Positions 1-12,912 of a DNA stretch of 64,000 nucleotides are shown piece by piece. Source of the DNA: Lingula anatina (taxonomy: Eukaryota; Animalia; Brachiopoda). Each line of letters opens with the position of its first letter. The stretch's first letter is position 1. The DNA lies in contig CM120640.1 in assembly GCA_051362555.1 (NCBI GenBank), positions 19,282,001 through 19,346,000 of the forward strand, read 5' to 3'. The notes beneath the pieces are model-generated. The model did no database searches and had not been told where the DNA came from. It worked only from the letters and a program-made list of their open reading frames with translations. Made by a program: the position numbers and the translations under genes.

Positions 1-107
1 TTGAGCACATGTACCTTGCATAATGTATAGATGATACATTGGTTTGATTTTAAAGAAGATAGCTAGTTACTCCTTCAGTATAGGATATTACATATTTGAA
101 TGCATAC

Positions 108-304
108 GACTGCATTCCCACAGATTTTTAGATCTATCTATCCCGGTGGGAAGTCTCACTTAATTGCTGTCAGTGTAGCTGGCTTAAATGTCTGTCCCAC
201 CTATTAAAAACTCTAAGGGGGTAATTAACTTTTATGCACGCTTGGCTGACAGCAATTTAGCGTGAACCCTCGATGGATCGATCTAAATTTGTGGGAACCC
301 AGTC
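108..304. mobile_element. Palindromic (foldback) MITE, family A, copy 1
   Basis: GACTGCATTCCCACAGATTTTTAGATCTATC at the left end mirrors GATCGATCTAAATTTGTGGGAACCCAGTC at the right. The inner arms TTAATTGCTGTCAG/CTGACAGCAATTTA also pair. Shares GGGGGTAATTA, GCAATTTAG and TGGGAACCCAGT with the copies at ~17806 and ~23422. Confidence 0.7.
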
Positions 305-349
305 TAAGATTCTTAATGAAAAACTTTGAAGATACATGTACTTCATTAA

Positions 350-2578
350 AGGACAATGTTCATGTAAAAATCCATTTCTCGAATTTTGAAGATACAGCAC
401 TCAATCTATACACTAGAGGTATGTTTTAATCGATCCCCGCCATTTAAAAATTATAAAAACAATCTATTAGTAGAAAAAAAAGCGTTTTAGTAAACCTCAC
501 CTCAATATGCAAAAATGAAGCAACAGATCTGGGTCACGTGGTACTGTGACGACAATCACGATAAAGGTCTATGAGACTCAACTGAGCTGCATGGTGCATA
601 CTATACAGACGTAGAAGTTAAGGAAAGTTGTGTTGAACGGAGTTGAGGAATTTTCGTTATGCCTCGGTGTGTTGCCGTGGGATTCACCAAAATTGCAGCT
701 CTCTTTGACAATCTTTCTTTGTCTGTGACGGTCTTCCGTGACTTACTAACTTCGGTGACAATAGTTGCGATGCTCTAGATCATGGTCACCTCAGGTGGTT
801 TAGATCATATCAAGAGCTGGTAGTCTTTCAGATTAACTGTCATCAGTTGGCAAACTTACTGATTGCTGATGCATTTTAAATGCTTTGTAGTTGACCAAAA
901 GCTCGTTTACAACAAACCTGTTAATTATGCACCGCTGCAATTCCCAAGCCAGGTAATAACAGGTATGAAACTCGTCTTGGTGGGCTTTCATATTTGTCAA
1001 TATATCTCATTTATTTCATGGGGTTATTTTATTGGTATTTGTAAATGACGTTAAATATCAATACTTAAACAATTAAGTTCAAACACGGTCGCGAACATAA
1101 ATAAAAGAAATTGCTCTCAGGGTATCTTGTAAACTTATAACACCGTGCTATAAAGATCTACTCAAGAAAAAAATTTGCTTGGGTAAAATTGAGTACGGAA
1201 TGAACTGGAGACACTTGGCTTGTCATTAAGTTTACACGAAAATATGTCAGGTAACTTTATACTGTCTTTGAAAGAGTAAAGATTGAAAGATAATTTTAGA
1301 CAAACTTTGACGGGGGAAATACCTACAAAGAGAAATGGGCTACTTCGCCAACATCTTGTTGAAAATTTTACACTGCAATTCTATTCAAATAAGCTAAGGA
1401 ACTAATTGCCAAATTAATACTCTCATCACATAACAGGGGGGTAACCAGACCTGCAAAAATTGTACGCACATATTTAAAAAGATTACAAGCACATACAGCA
1501 AAATGTAGACTTACGCAAAACATGAAGGACAGCGTAATCACAGCAAATGTACCTCATATAGTAGCTTAATTTCCATTTATAATAAAATCATCATTTAAGT
1601 CAAAAATATTCTTGCGATTTAATAACTATTTTAATTTACCCAGAACGGTATATTTATTTTAAAGGCGGTTAACTGAAATATAGTTTTATGATTTGTTTGT
1701 GAAAATTGCCCATGTCACCCTGTTAGTTTGGAGGTCTAAGCTGGATTAAGTCCGTGTTAAAATTCCTATGAAGTTGTGCAGGAAAAATTCTTCCTTTCTT
1801 TCTCTAGCTCCTCGATAAACCTGGTGTTCAGATTTTATCTAGTACCCCCAGGTCTACGGGAGCTGCGCTTTGTAACTAACGCACAGGTAGATTTTTACCT
1901 GAGATAACTGGAGTAAAGCTTAGATAGAGAGTGCGTTCGATACAAGCAAGACAAATTGAATGCCATTTAACCCTCTAATTAAGAGGTAAAGGAAGTTCCA
2001 GGTAGATGGATGATTAAGATAGGACTTGTAAAGGTAACAGGCATTGTTTACCTCAGTTTAATAAAAGTATGCAAGACGGAGTGTCAGCGGTTTAATAAAA
2101 TAAATTGAATTTCACAAATAACATGGACCTCATATGCAATAATCAACATTTCCCTTAACTCATTCAAATGCAGTGTTTTATACAACTTGGGATAACCATA
2201 ATGAAATGCTTGTTAAAGAAATGACTAGACGGGAAATGGTTTTACACAGCTTCACGAGGATTTAGACCCCTCGGGTAAGAGATTTGAATGAGTATAAACT
2301 TTTATCAGAAGCCAGAGAAGTCATCTTACAGGTGGACAATGCAGCTCAGTTTGACAGCTCAGCACGCTCTGTTCTCCAGTGGCTCGATTGTCGTCATTGG
2401 ACCACGTGACCACATAGCTCATTAACTCCCAGGCCGAGCAAATAGGACGTTTTTTAAAGCCAAAAATTTACAAAATGAGCTTTTAATTTGTGTATTTGGA
2501 TAAAGATATCGTTAGTTGGGCATGTTTTCTGAAGAATATGTTCCGTTCAGGCCATTCTGACGGCATGAAGCAAACCCT
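350..2578 (+). mobile_element. Non-autonomous Kolobok-like DNA transposon (TTAA target duplication), probably intronic in the LAS2-like gene
   Basis: TTAA|AGG at 346-352 and CCT|TTAA at 2576-2582. Degenerate TIR ttaaagg-N6-ttcatg at both ends. Subterminal inverted blocks: GGTCACGTGGT..TGACGACAATC (532-558) vs GATTGTCGTCA..ACCACGTGACC (2387-2411), and ACTGAGCTGCAT (581) vs ATGCAGCTCAGT (2339). A short ORF at 659 starts MPRCVAVG, resembling a THAP N-terminus. Confidence 0.65.
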
Positions 2579-2747
2579 TTAATGTAACATAAGGTTATCA
2601 AAGATATTGATTTTTGTGTGCAAAGGCTTTTTGAAGACTGAATTCAAAAAGAACATCTTACTAGATGAAATTTTATATTAATTATGAAGACTACTTATGA
2701 TTAACGGTTTTTTATTTAGATATGAATACCTGTATATTTCATTACAG

Positions 2748-5700
2748 CAACAAGGTCCTCATCAAAACCTACCTCAACAGATTACAAGCCTCCCGAGGCT
2801 TTCAAACCTCCTCCCAGTTGGATCACTGATGTCTCAGATCCCCCCGCCCCTGTCCCAACAAAGGGGGGAAGATCAGCTCCCAGTTGGATCACTGACGTGT
2901 CAGAACCCACCAGGGCACCTGCACCAGCACAAGGGGGGAGACCAGCACCCAGTTGGATCACTGATGTACCAGAGACTGAACAGATGCAGCATCCAAATGC
3001 TTGGCATCCTCCGCCTAGCTGGATAACTGAGGTGCCCACCATCCTCTATGACTTGTCACCTCAGCAAAGTGCTCAAACTTTGCAAGATAAAGAAGTCAAG
3101 TCTTCTTCAAGGTGGCTAACAGATGACACCAGTGAGGACACTGCAGTACCTAGTAAAGAAGAGGACGGATTAATGTCTTCCTATGGAACAATACAGTTAC
3201 GAGGTAGGGAGGGTATGGCAACTGAGTCTACGCAAGTCAGTAGGTATACTAGCATAGGACAAGGTAACCACACTGCTGAAGTTTCATTGAAAGGTAAACC
3301 ACCACCAAGCTGGATAGGTGAACTAGAATACCCAGGTAGATCTTTACAAGCAAATCAGCACAAGGGCAAAGGTGCAGGAGAGCAACCAACAACGGGGTAT
3401 AAAAAGAAGTACACACAGAGAGAACTCAACAAAGACTATGACTTCCCATCTGAGAAATATCTTACAGACTGGTCTAAGTACACCCAAGGTAGCAGCAGCA
3501 CCTCAGCTGGTGTGCCAAGCTCTGTGACCTTGCCAACTACCCACAGTTTCTCTTCCACAACAACACAAGGAGGAAATGCTTATACATTCGGGAGACAGTG
3601 GTCATCAGGGCATCCAATGCCACAGCAGCAGACCTATAAAAGAAGGTATCCCAACTCAGCGTCTTCAGATGGCAGTGACAGCAGCACTGGCGTGTACAGG
3701 GTTTCAAAGGCCACAGCACCGTTAGATGTGTTAGAGAAGCAAGGTGCCAGCAGATCACAATCATCAAGTTCCTCAGGTAGAAAAGGCAAGTACAAAGCGA
3801 TTAATTTTCAAAATGGGATTGTGTTTGATACATGTCATCAAAAAAAAACAGCTAGAAATGTGATGTTAATAGTTGAAATGATGCACCAAGACTGTTGTTA
3901 TGGCATATTTTGGAGTGTCATCAGTCAAATAGATTTTAATTAAAAATGGGAGAGCAAAGTTGATAAATGTGATAGTTTTGCTGCGAATTTGGATAAGGAG
4001 TTATTGATAGATATTGTTTTTATAATAGAGAGCTGTGGCATTCCCTACTGACTGTCATCTCGGACTATAGCCTGGTGGCCGATTTAATTATGTGCAAAAA
4101 TCTCTCTTCAGAGCAACTTTTACCATATGCCAAAAACTCAGACAACAGTTTTAATTCCTATGAAAATTCCATTGTGGTGCATATTGTTTGAAATTACTTG
4201 CATTAATGTGGCAAAAAAAGCTTCCAGAAAGATAAAGTTTATGTAGAAAGCTGCATTATAGATTATATGGCAGAATGCTTTTAAATGATTACTTTCCACA
4301 TTATTGTGTAACCATTATTGTGTAACTTAAGTGAATTTCTTTACATAGAGCATGACTTGGTACTCTCTACATTATTAAACATGAAATCATGCCCTATACA
4401 TTTAATAGAGAAACAGAATAACTGTGGTTTTTCCACCTTTTAGGACTAATAAGGATAAAACAATTTTCTGATAACCTTTTATCTATTTGATTGAAAATAT
4501 CCTGTTATTTAACTTAACAGGAAATCATGCTACCTCCGTGTTCATTAGCAATTAACTGTTGAATCAATCATGGGAAAACAGGATATGCTACTATAAGACA
4601 TGTCAGTGTACAGTCTGTTGCGTTGGATTGTTTTTACAGTTTTAGCATTGAACTGTTTTTAAAATGTTGTTTTAAAAAGTTTAAAGCAAAGTATGTAGCC
4701 AGCAGCCAATAAAATGTAAAAATGTTAATTTGTTACTAAAATGGCTTCATCAAAACCACAGCTAAAGTCAGAGTTATTTGCACTCCAGTTATCCCATGTC
4801 TATCATGTCACCATATAAGATCACTGGCAATGGAAAAATACATCCAAGCTATTGTTTTGAAGGAATAATTATAATAAATGGGCACATTGCACATCTGGTG
4901 AAGGCCTTAACTGAAAAAATTTAAAAACAATATGTGAGTATGAAAGAATTATATGTATTGCATTTTTATGTCTATAATGGAATTTTTGTAGAGAACAGTC
5001 CTGGGGGTCCAGGTGAGGTTAAGCAGGGTTGCTATGTAGATAGTCCTCAGACTGATGTGGTACTGGAGGGGGACAGGTCCTGGGAAAGACTACCTGTGCC
5101 ATTGTGAGTAGATAGTGTATGGAAGTAAATTATTGTACTGTAAGTTATTAGGGCTGTTATATTTATGGAAATACAGTATTTTGCTTTATATTTTGACAGG
5201 TTTATTGGGACAGAGAGCATTATTCCCTTTATTTTTAACTGTGATCATGCTTTGATAAAAATTCCTAGGGACTTATGAGAGAAAACTTTTATTTGAACAA
5301 AGTGATAAATTAGCTGAAATAATTAATACAGTACTTAGTATTCCCTTATTCTTTTACAGCAAAGCTCCAAAATATGTTGAAGAAAGAACAGGTTCTGAAG
5401 GGCAAACATCAGTTAAGAGAGGAAGAATTATGGATAAATTTCTACAAGATTGCTTGAATGATGAACAGGTTGGTAAAAAGAGTTATTTATTTACAAAAAC
5501 AGTGGTTTGTTATTTTACAGTTAGTTGTATTGGTCATTAGAGTTACTTTTTTTATCTTGCTGAAATAAGTATGGGGAATGTGCTTATATAATTACAATAT
5601 CACATCTGACCACCACTAATGCTGAAGTTAATTTGATCACACTTTGCCCATGTGTAAAAACAGCTTCAGTTTGACTTTTAATATACAAGATTTCAATTTA

Positions 5701-5751
5701 GAAAAATAGTAAAACATTATTTCTTGATTTTGAATTACCCCTTTTTTATTT

Positions 5752-5794
<43 letters not shown>

Positions 5795-7615
5795 TTTTTT
5801 GTAGAGATAAACATAATGTCCATCACTGGACAATAACTTCTGTCTTGCTTTATCTCTGATGCTGTTGACTTTGATATAAAATAGCAAACATCTAACACCA
5901 GATCTGAAATGGTTTAAGTTGTAAGGAAATTGTAGATCACTTACCCCTTTCATTACACAACCACAGTTTTTAGAGTACCGATTTTTCTCTTTATAGGTGC
6001 ACCACAGAGTGCAATCCGCAAAACGCAACATTATTCGTGATTTTATCCAGGATTGTCTGAGATACACTGCTAAGACTGGTGATGTTAATGCAATGAGATG
6101 GAATATCATTGATGGATTTATTGAAGATTGTCTTACTTCCAATGACATTACTTGATGACCTATTTTTTTTCCTTTTTGGTTCTTTTTCACAAGGTACATA
6201 ACCTTTTCATTTTTTATAACTCAAGTTCTTTTCTTTCCTAACTTTAAGTTATGTTTAGATATTTCTTGCTTTTGTAGTCATGCAAGCATTACAGTGAATA
6301 ACAAGTTTATTATTTATATCTGAACAGTTTCGTGTTGCAGGGAAATAATGAAGGTTACCTGCCCATTAATTTGGCAATAGGATCAAACATTTTAGATACA
6401 TAAAATATCTGAGCAGAGGGCAAAATCTCCTGTAACACTTACCTCTTTTGTATTTGATAATCATTGTTAAAAATACCTTCAATGAAATTAATGGCTGTAT
6501 TGTGTAAGTTGTTGTATGTTTTTCATCAAATTTTGTCAAGTTTAATCAGCACATAAAAATAAGACTGAGAACTGAGAAGTGCTTTGAACCATTGTTCTTG
6601 GTTCATGTTGTATCAACAGAGGTAAAGAAGTATTAGCCTTAATGACCAGTCTTCTGTGCACTAAATAAATCTTTTCTTAATTTGGCAAGGAAATTTATTA
6701 CAGATTATACAGGCGAATTACTCAATTTACTGCTAATGTGAATAGAATAGAGTAGACATTTTGATTGGTGTCTGATAACATAAACTGAAAAACATATCTA
6801 GCTATCTAGCAAATTCTTCATCTTTTTGTTTTATTTTTACTCCATTTGAAATGACTTTTGAAATTTACTTTTAATTTCAAACCTGCTTTTTATGTGCTTT
6901 AGCTTATGCAACATTCTTCAATTTCCATCAAAGATATTCCTCTAATGTCACGTCTTAAAGATTCTGTCCTTCCATAAATGTGTCATCAGTTTATCAGCCT
7001 TGTGTTTCAGACGTCTACCTCCCCGCGTCTCACTGGCCAGAACACACCAGGGTCCATGGAAGCTCTGAAGACTATACTTTTTAAAATGCAGAGCATGGCT
7101 ACAACCCCAGAGGATGTTGAGGAAGAAGTAGAAGAACACTGTGATAAAGAGAATTCATCATCTTTAATGGTAATTTTTAATATTTGTGATTTGGTGACAA
7201 TTATTGTTAAAGAGTTTTGATGACTTTGTTGTCTTGTAAGTCCCCAAAAGGTTTTTTGGTTGCTGTTAGTGCTAATGTAATAGTTAAGTTGAAATATTCA
7301 GCTAACATCTCACCAGGGGTTGAAAGGAAAAGGACACAGCCAATTTACTAGTTACCAGCCCATCTTGCTTGCCATTAAAGTTTTCTACCATAATCAAGAA
7401 TAAATAACAATTCCATGTGAATGACTTTTGATCAGTAAGACAGGTGATTACCTCGCAACCACATCTGATACTAGTCCTACAATATTGCAGAAGACAGCTG
7501 GCACTGGCAAAACCCAGAGTTCTCCAGTGAAGATTCAGGACATCACTAGTATAAAGTTAAATATGGAGGTCACAGGGGAACCTGGAACTAAATCACTAGA
7601 AAGGTACACAAAATA

Positions 7616-7669
<54 letters not shown>

Positions 7670-7835
7670 GTGAAAGTTTTTAGGATTATGCCAGATATCA
7701 GGATTTTCAGTCTTAATTTTGATCACTTTTAATGTGGCCTAAATGCAATGAAAAATTGCAAGCTACGTTTTCAGGATTTTCAGTTTTTATAACTTTAACC
7801 ATGTACAACCATGTACGTATAATGTAAAAAATTAT

Positions 7836-7921
<86 letters not shown>

Positions 7922-9746
7922 CATCATCGTCACTTAAATGCATGTCTCTCTCGCTTTCTCAAAAACGAATAATATATTTGCATAAATGACAAAATGGTAA
8001 ATGAAAGTGATTAATTAAATGATCAATTAGATGAAAGAGACAAGTGTTTAGTTTCAGAATTTTTTCTCCACATCTTCTCTCAGAACATGCTCCTCTCAAC
8101 AGATTATGACAAGAGCAAATTAGCTTATTTCATACACTGTAACCAGTAATGGAAGTAATTATTTCTCCCACGTAACTGCTCCCCCTAGGTTTGTTAATTG
8201 CTTTTTGTATTGAGAATTTGCTAATTAAATGCATTATCAGGTGATAAAATGAAGATGCCCTTTTGTTTTTAACACACAGAGTGATAGAATCATCTTAGAT
8301 TATTGCTACACGTAAGTAGTTTCCTGCCTTCTTGACTTTAACTGTTAATTGATGGACATCACAAATTGAATTTATTGATGAATTGTAACTTGTTCTGGAA
8401 TTGATGGGAATGGAATTACTCACAACAGCATGACTAAGTGATGCCTTGCCCATGGTGGTTAAATTGCAATCTAAATCATTGTTAGGAGCTGAGGAAGGGG
8501 CAGGGTTTGTTTATTTATTTTTCTCATTCAAATGATGAATATCATTATTCATTCTCAAGGGATATATTTGTGATAATGACAAGATATCACAAATGAGTAA
8601 AAACCTTTCAATTTCTTTTTTTACACTACTCTTTCTAGGAATGTCTGAATTTGTTTTCTCAAATAAATTTGTACTTTGCCATTGAAATGGTAAATGCAAA
8701 GTGAAAGTCGGTTTTGGTTTCAAACTTTTTTATTTTTGACAGCTAAATATCTAAAATTGTTAAATTACCCAAACTTGTTATTCTTATTTATTATTATTTT
8801 TTAATTGATATCTTTGGCCATTGATAAAAAATTCTTATGCTTTGAAAAGGATAGGCTATATCTGCGTAGTAGACAGATTTTATAATAATCAATCATAGCC
8901 AGTGAAAATGATATCATCACATCATTGATATCGTATTCTCTTTGATGTGTCCATTATTTCATTATTCTGAACGTTTACATAAATCAAGTGTGCTCTGATT
9001 TCACCAGTTCTACCTACCCTGTTGACCTTGGTTGTTGCTGTTTTTGTATGAAGTATATACAACCAATTTTTTCTTTAATACTTTTTTTTATTGTTCTGAC
9101 ACAGGTAGAAGTTAGTAATGATACCATTTTCTTATGGCATAAAACCATGATATTCTCTTAAGTTGATCAGTTTTGGTTATTTATATGTCTCATTTACATG
9201 TATTAAGATATTGTTAAAATTTCATTTCTGGTTTCTATCTCTCTCTTTTGATTTTGTACACTAAAGATCTTTTACAAAAAATAAAGGTTGTTTTTAGCAT
9301 TGTAAAAATTTTATTCAATACAATAATTGACTTTGGCTGTAAGCGAATGTCAATAATTATTTTATTATATAATTTAAAAGCTGAATGTCATTGGTCAATT
9401 GTCTGATTGATAATGTTTCCTTCACACTCTTTGGTCAAAGACCACAAATTGCATCTTACATTATATCAAGAAGTTATAACTTCTTGATTATATGTTTGGT
9501 GAATATGTCAGAGGCCAATATTGAGTTTTATCAGACCTCACGTACATGGATATAAGATCACTTTCAATGCTTTATATTTAATAAAGTTTATCATCTTTCC
9601 ATTCCAGAGCCATGGTCCACCTCTCTCGACTGCAGTCTATAGTACAGGTTTCAGATAACACAACAGCCAGTACTTCAACCAAGAAACCATTCAAAAGTAA
9701 TGATACTAATCAGTCCACTTCCAGCAACACTGAGGATGGCACTTGA
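2748..9746 (+). CDS. C18orf54: Lung adenoma susceptibility protein 2 (C18orf54/LAS2)-like, 5' exons upstream of the window
   Basis: Phase-compatible GT-AG exons 2748-3776, 4992-5103, 5360-5468, 7011-7169, ~7491-7603 (acceptor ambiguous: 7440, 7491 or 7539) and 9608-9746 (TGA). The translation has motifs recalled from LAS2: SPQTDVVLEGDRSWERLPVPFKAP, IMDKFLQDCLN, PGSMEALKTILFKMQ and KSLERAMVHLSRLQSIV. Confidence 0.8.
2810..3035 (+). repeat. Coding tandem repeat, four P-S-W-I-T-[D/E]-V units of 66-69 nt
   Basis: CCCAGTTGGATCACTGA at 2813, 2879 and 2948, and CCTAGCTGGATAACTGA at 3014, all in the LAS2 frame. Confidence 0.9.
5747..5796. repeat. (TTTA)n microsatellite
   Basis: Read directly from the sequence. 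Confidence 0.9.
5997..6155 (+). CDS. Candidate alternative terminal exon of the LAS2-like gene
   Basis: Strong acceptor tttttctctttatag|GTG is in phase 0 with the preceding exon. It encodes VHHRVQSAKRNIIRDFIQDCLRYTAKTGDVNAMRWNIIDGFIEDCLTSNDIT*, which has two extra copies of the FLQDCL motif. Confidence 0.6.
   Translation: MHHRVQSAKRNIIRDFIQDCLRYTAKTGDVNAMRWNIIDGFIEDCLTSNDIT
7618..7667. repeat. (TA)n microsatellite
   Basis: Read directly from the sequence. Confidence 0.95.
7840..7917. repeat. (CT)n microsatellite
   Basis: Read directly from the sequence. Confidence 0.95.
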
Positions 9747-11198
9747 TGTCCACATTTTACAACTCATCGAATGTTACTTAAAACATTACGGATACATTCA
9801 CAAGCTCTGTTATTGTCTATGGAGTGTAATTATTATTATTTTACATTAACAGAACCTGTGCAGATGGAGGGCAAAGAGGATGTTGAATGATAAAATAGGA
9901 AATGGTCTTTTCATTTATGTAGGATCTGAATGTGTTTGATTCATTATCATTTCACAAATGTGGAAAAGTCACTGATTATATGAAAATGGAAACAATATGG
10001 TGTTTTCTCTGGTGATTAAGTAGGGCCTTTACCTGTCTTCGTACATAACATACATTGAACTGACCCAGATATAGCCAGAGCCTTCCATTCCATTACTTAA
10101 TTTGTTAAGTTTATATATGCATGAAAGAGACAGATGCCCATTAATCTAAGGTGATGTAATTCGGTGAAACATCGTTATCTTGACTGCATTTGCAACAGTA
10201 TGTTGAAAGTGGAGGATAATTGGATCATCTGTTGTTGCTTCATAGAGTGCATTAAGTCATTTGTTGGAGTGTTTCGTGATTATGGCATAACATGTTTGAC
10301 CAATGTGAACAAGTCAGTATCTGATGGCCTTTCCAGAAACCAGCACGTTTTAACATAAAGCAGCAGCAAAACCAGTCAAACATGCCTCCATCTTTGTAAT
10401 AATGTTGCCTGGTTCTGAGATCTAATAAAGTTAGATATTTGGTGTAAGTTATTAGCATATGTTCTTTTCATGTTATATATAAATATTAAATATCCTTCAC
10501 TTGGCAAAAACCCTACAGTCTTTAAAATGCTGTAATGGTTATAAAAGTGCAATTAACTAATGAACTTTAAAGCAACCAAGTTTCACAAGCAAATGGAAAA
10601 AATGCGATTAATTAAGATGGGCTTTGCGGTCTGATAATTTGACTGACTTTACTTTTTTAGTTATATCCAATCCAATTTGCGTTATTGATTAGAAAAAACT
10701 TTTGTAGTTGAAATCATATTGTATACTCTCAAAGGCTCACTTAAATCAAACAAGAAGCATATCTGAGCTGTACCTAGTTAATGTAAAGTTGCACTGCATT
10801 CCACCGGGAAAATAAACTGTTGCTTTATCAATATTGACATCATGAATCCTAATCGTGTCCTAAAATAAGGATGTGTATGAAGTTTCTTCTGTGATTTCCA
10901 TGGGGTGTAGGGCAGAACCAATTGTAAGGATCAATGGGTATTGTCTACAATAATTACTCCTTCCGTTGATGGGGGGAAATACGCTACTCCGAATAATCAC
11001 ACAAAAGCTGGTCCGTTTTTTTCATCCAATTTCATGCGCCTAGCGATAGGATTAGAAATTGTAAAAATGCTTCCTGGCCAGATTTTTAACATTTGTTTCT
11101 ATTTCTGCTAGCACTCGAGGTTCGAGGCATCCTCACCGACTGAAATATTGAAAACGGCAGGTTCTTAGTGTTCACAATCTGTTCTAAATCGGTTTTAA

Positions 11199-11214
11199 TA
11201 TATATATATATCGG

Positions 11215-11295
<81 letters not shown>
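11199..11295. repeat. (TA)n microsatellite (interrupted)
   Basis: Read directly from the sequence. Confidence 0.95.
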
Positions 11296-11297
<2 letters not shown>

Positions 11298-12912
11298 GGG
11301 GGGTAGCTGAAATAAAGTTTACCATGAACATCGTTTAAAAAAGCGGAGGAGTGGTGCTTTTTTTCCAGAAATGAATTTTGCAATTGCTTAAAAGCAATGC
11401 AATTTCTGTCGCGTCTGTGGTATCTACTTCTCTTATGAGTGTTTCAAAGGACATTTGCTTATTTGTTTATGAGGTAGCATACACGGTAAATGTTTTATTT
11501 ACGCAAAAGAATGTAGTAGTTGAAGGGTGAATTTCATTGGAAATTATTACTCTATTCAATCTCTTTATGGTTGTTAGAGTTTAATGTGTAGCATGTTCTC
11601 TCTCATTAAGCGATTCTTCGAAAATTATACATAACATTTTCTTGGCATTGCGATGAAATACATTACCAATACGCGTTATGTTGGATGACTAGTTAAACTA
11701 ATGCGATGGTTGTTGTGCATGACAGACTCGTCAGGTCGCCCTTTGCAGCCGTTATTGTGAACCACAAAAAAACTTTCGCCACTCATTGCTGCCTTGCGTT
11801 TTCTGTTATGCAATATCTATCAAATCGAAACGCTTCTGGCTTTTGCTGTATCTGCTCCTTCTTATTGGTAAAGATAATTGTTGTCGCGTTTTTTCACTTT
11901 TGAAAATTATGTTGTCTTGTTGTTGTATTTCTTTTTCTTCTTATTATTATTACATCTCAAATATATCATATATCATATCATATATCACAGAGGTTAATGG
12001 AATCACTTTTTTGGAACACTTACTGTATAATGGGAATCGTGCCAATTTGCTAAATGAGGTTTTTAGGCCTTGGTTATTTACTTCTAAGGTTAGCAGTGCT
12101 TTTCCGTCTCCAAAATTAATTAATTAATCGTGAGAGACAATGAAAAATGTTATTGATTCTAAATGCTGCCGCAGCTCACGGCTCAATCCTCTAAGAGTTA
12201 CGCAAGCAGTTTCACCTGTGAGTGTCCAAGATTCGGCACGTTCACGTACACCGATTTACTCGGAAATTATAGGATCATATTACTATGAAGTTGTTTTTGT
12301 GTTCAATTTTTGGAGGGTGTTATAGACTGCAATCAATAGCTTAGTTATTTTACGTCTGGAAATAAAAAAAGAAGCTTGTTCGATAATGTTCCTAGTGATG
12401 CCGTTGGCAAGAATATCACACCTACCAATAGGAGGTTACTGTTCAAATTGTGATTTATTTTGTTTACAATATAAAGTCAATAAAGTAACCAAGAAACGTT
12501 TCACCTATGAGATATGTCTAAAATATATTACAACTTAATTTACTGAACATGTTTTTTGTTATATGGAATGCATGCAACCCATGACGTCATGCTCACATAA
12601 TACTAAGAGGGTATACTCATATATGTTAAATACACACAGTGTCGAGTAAATTGAAAAGTATTTTCAATACTTTGTATTGTGCGTTTTTTATTATCTAAAT
12701 GTCAAAAGCTCAACATTATTTCATAACTGTCAGAATCTCTCTCCACTATCGAATGCAAGAGATACAGCGGGGTATAGTGACAATAAATATTTATAGGCCT
12801 AAAAATAATTTTAATAAATTATTCTTTCACCAACTGCACCATCAACTCGCACTTTTCTCGTTTAACTTTTTTCATCCATTCTCCAACATTTCGTCACTTC
12901 TCCTACAGTTTT

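Noticed and set aside
7428-7943. ORFs with IYIYIY or ERERER runs (also at 11195, 37820 and 61860)
   Set aside because: Open frames produced by microsatellites. Only ~7491-7603 is exonic.
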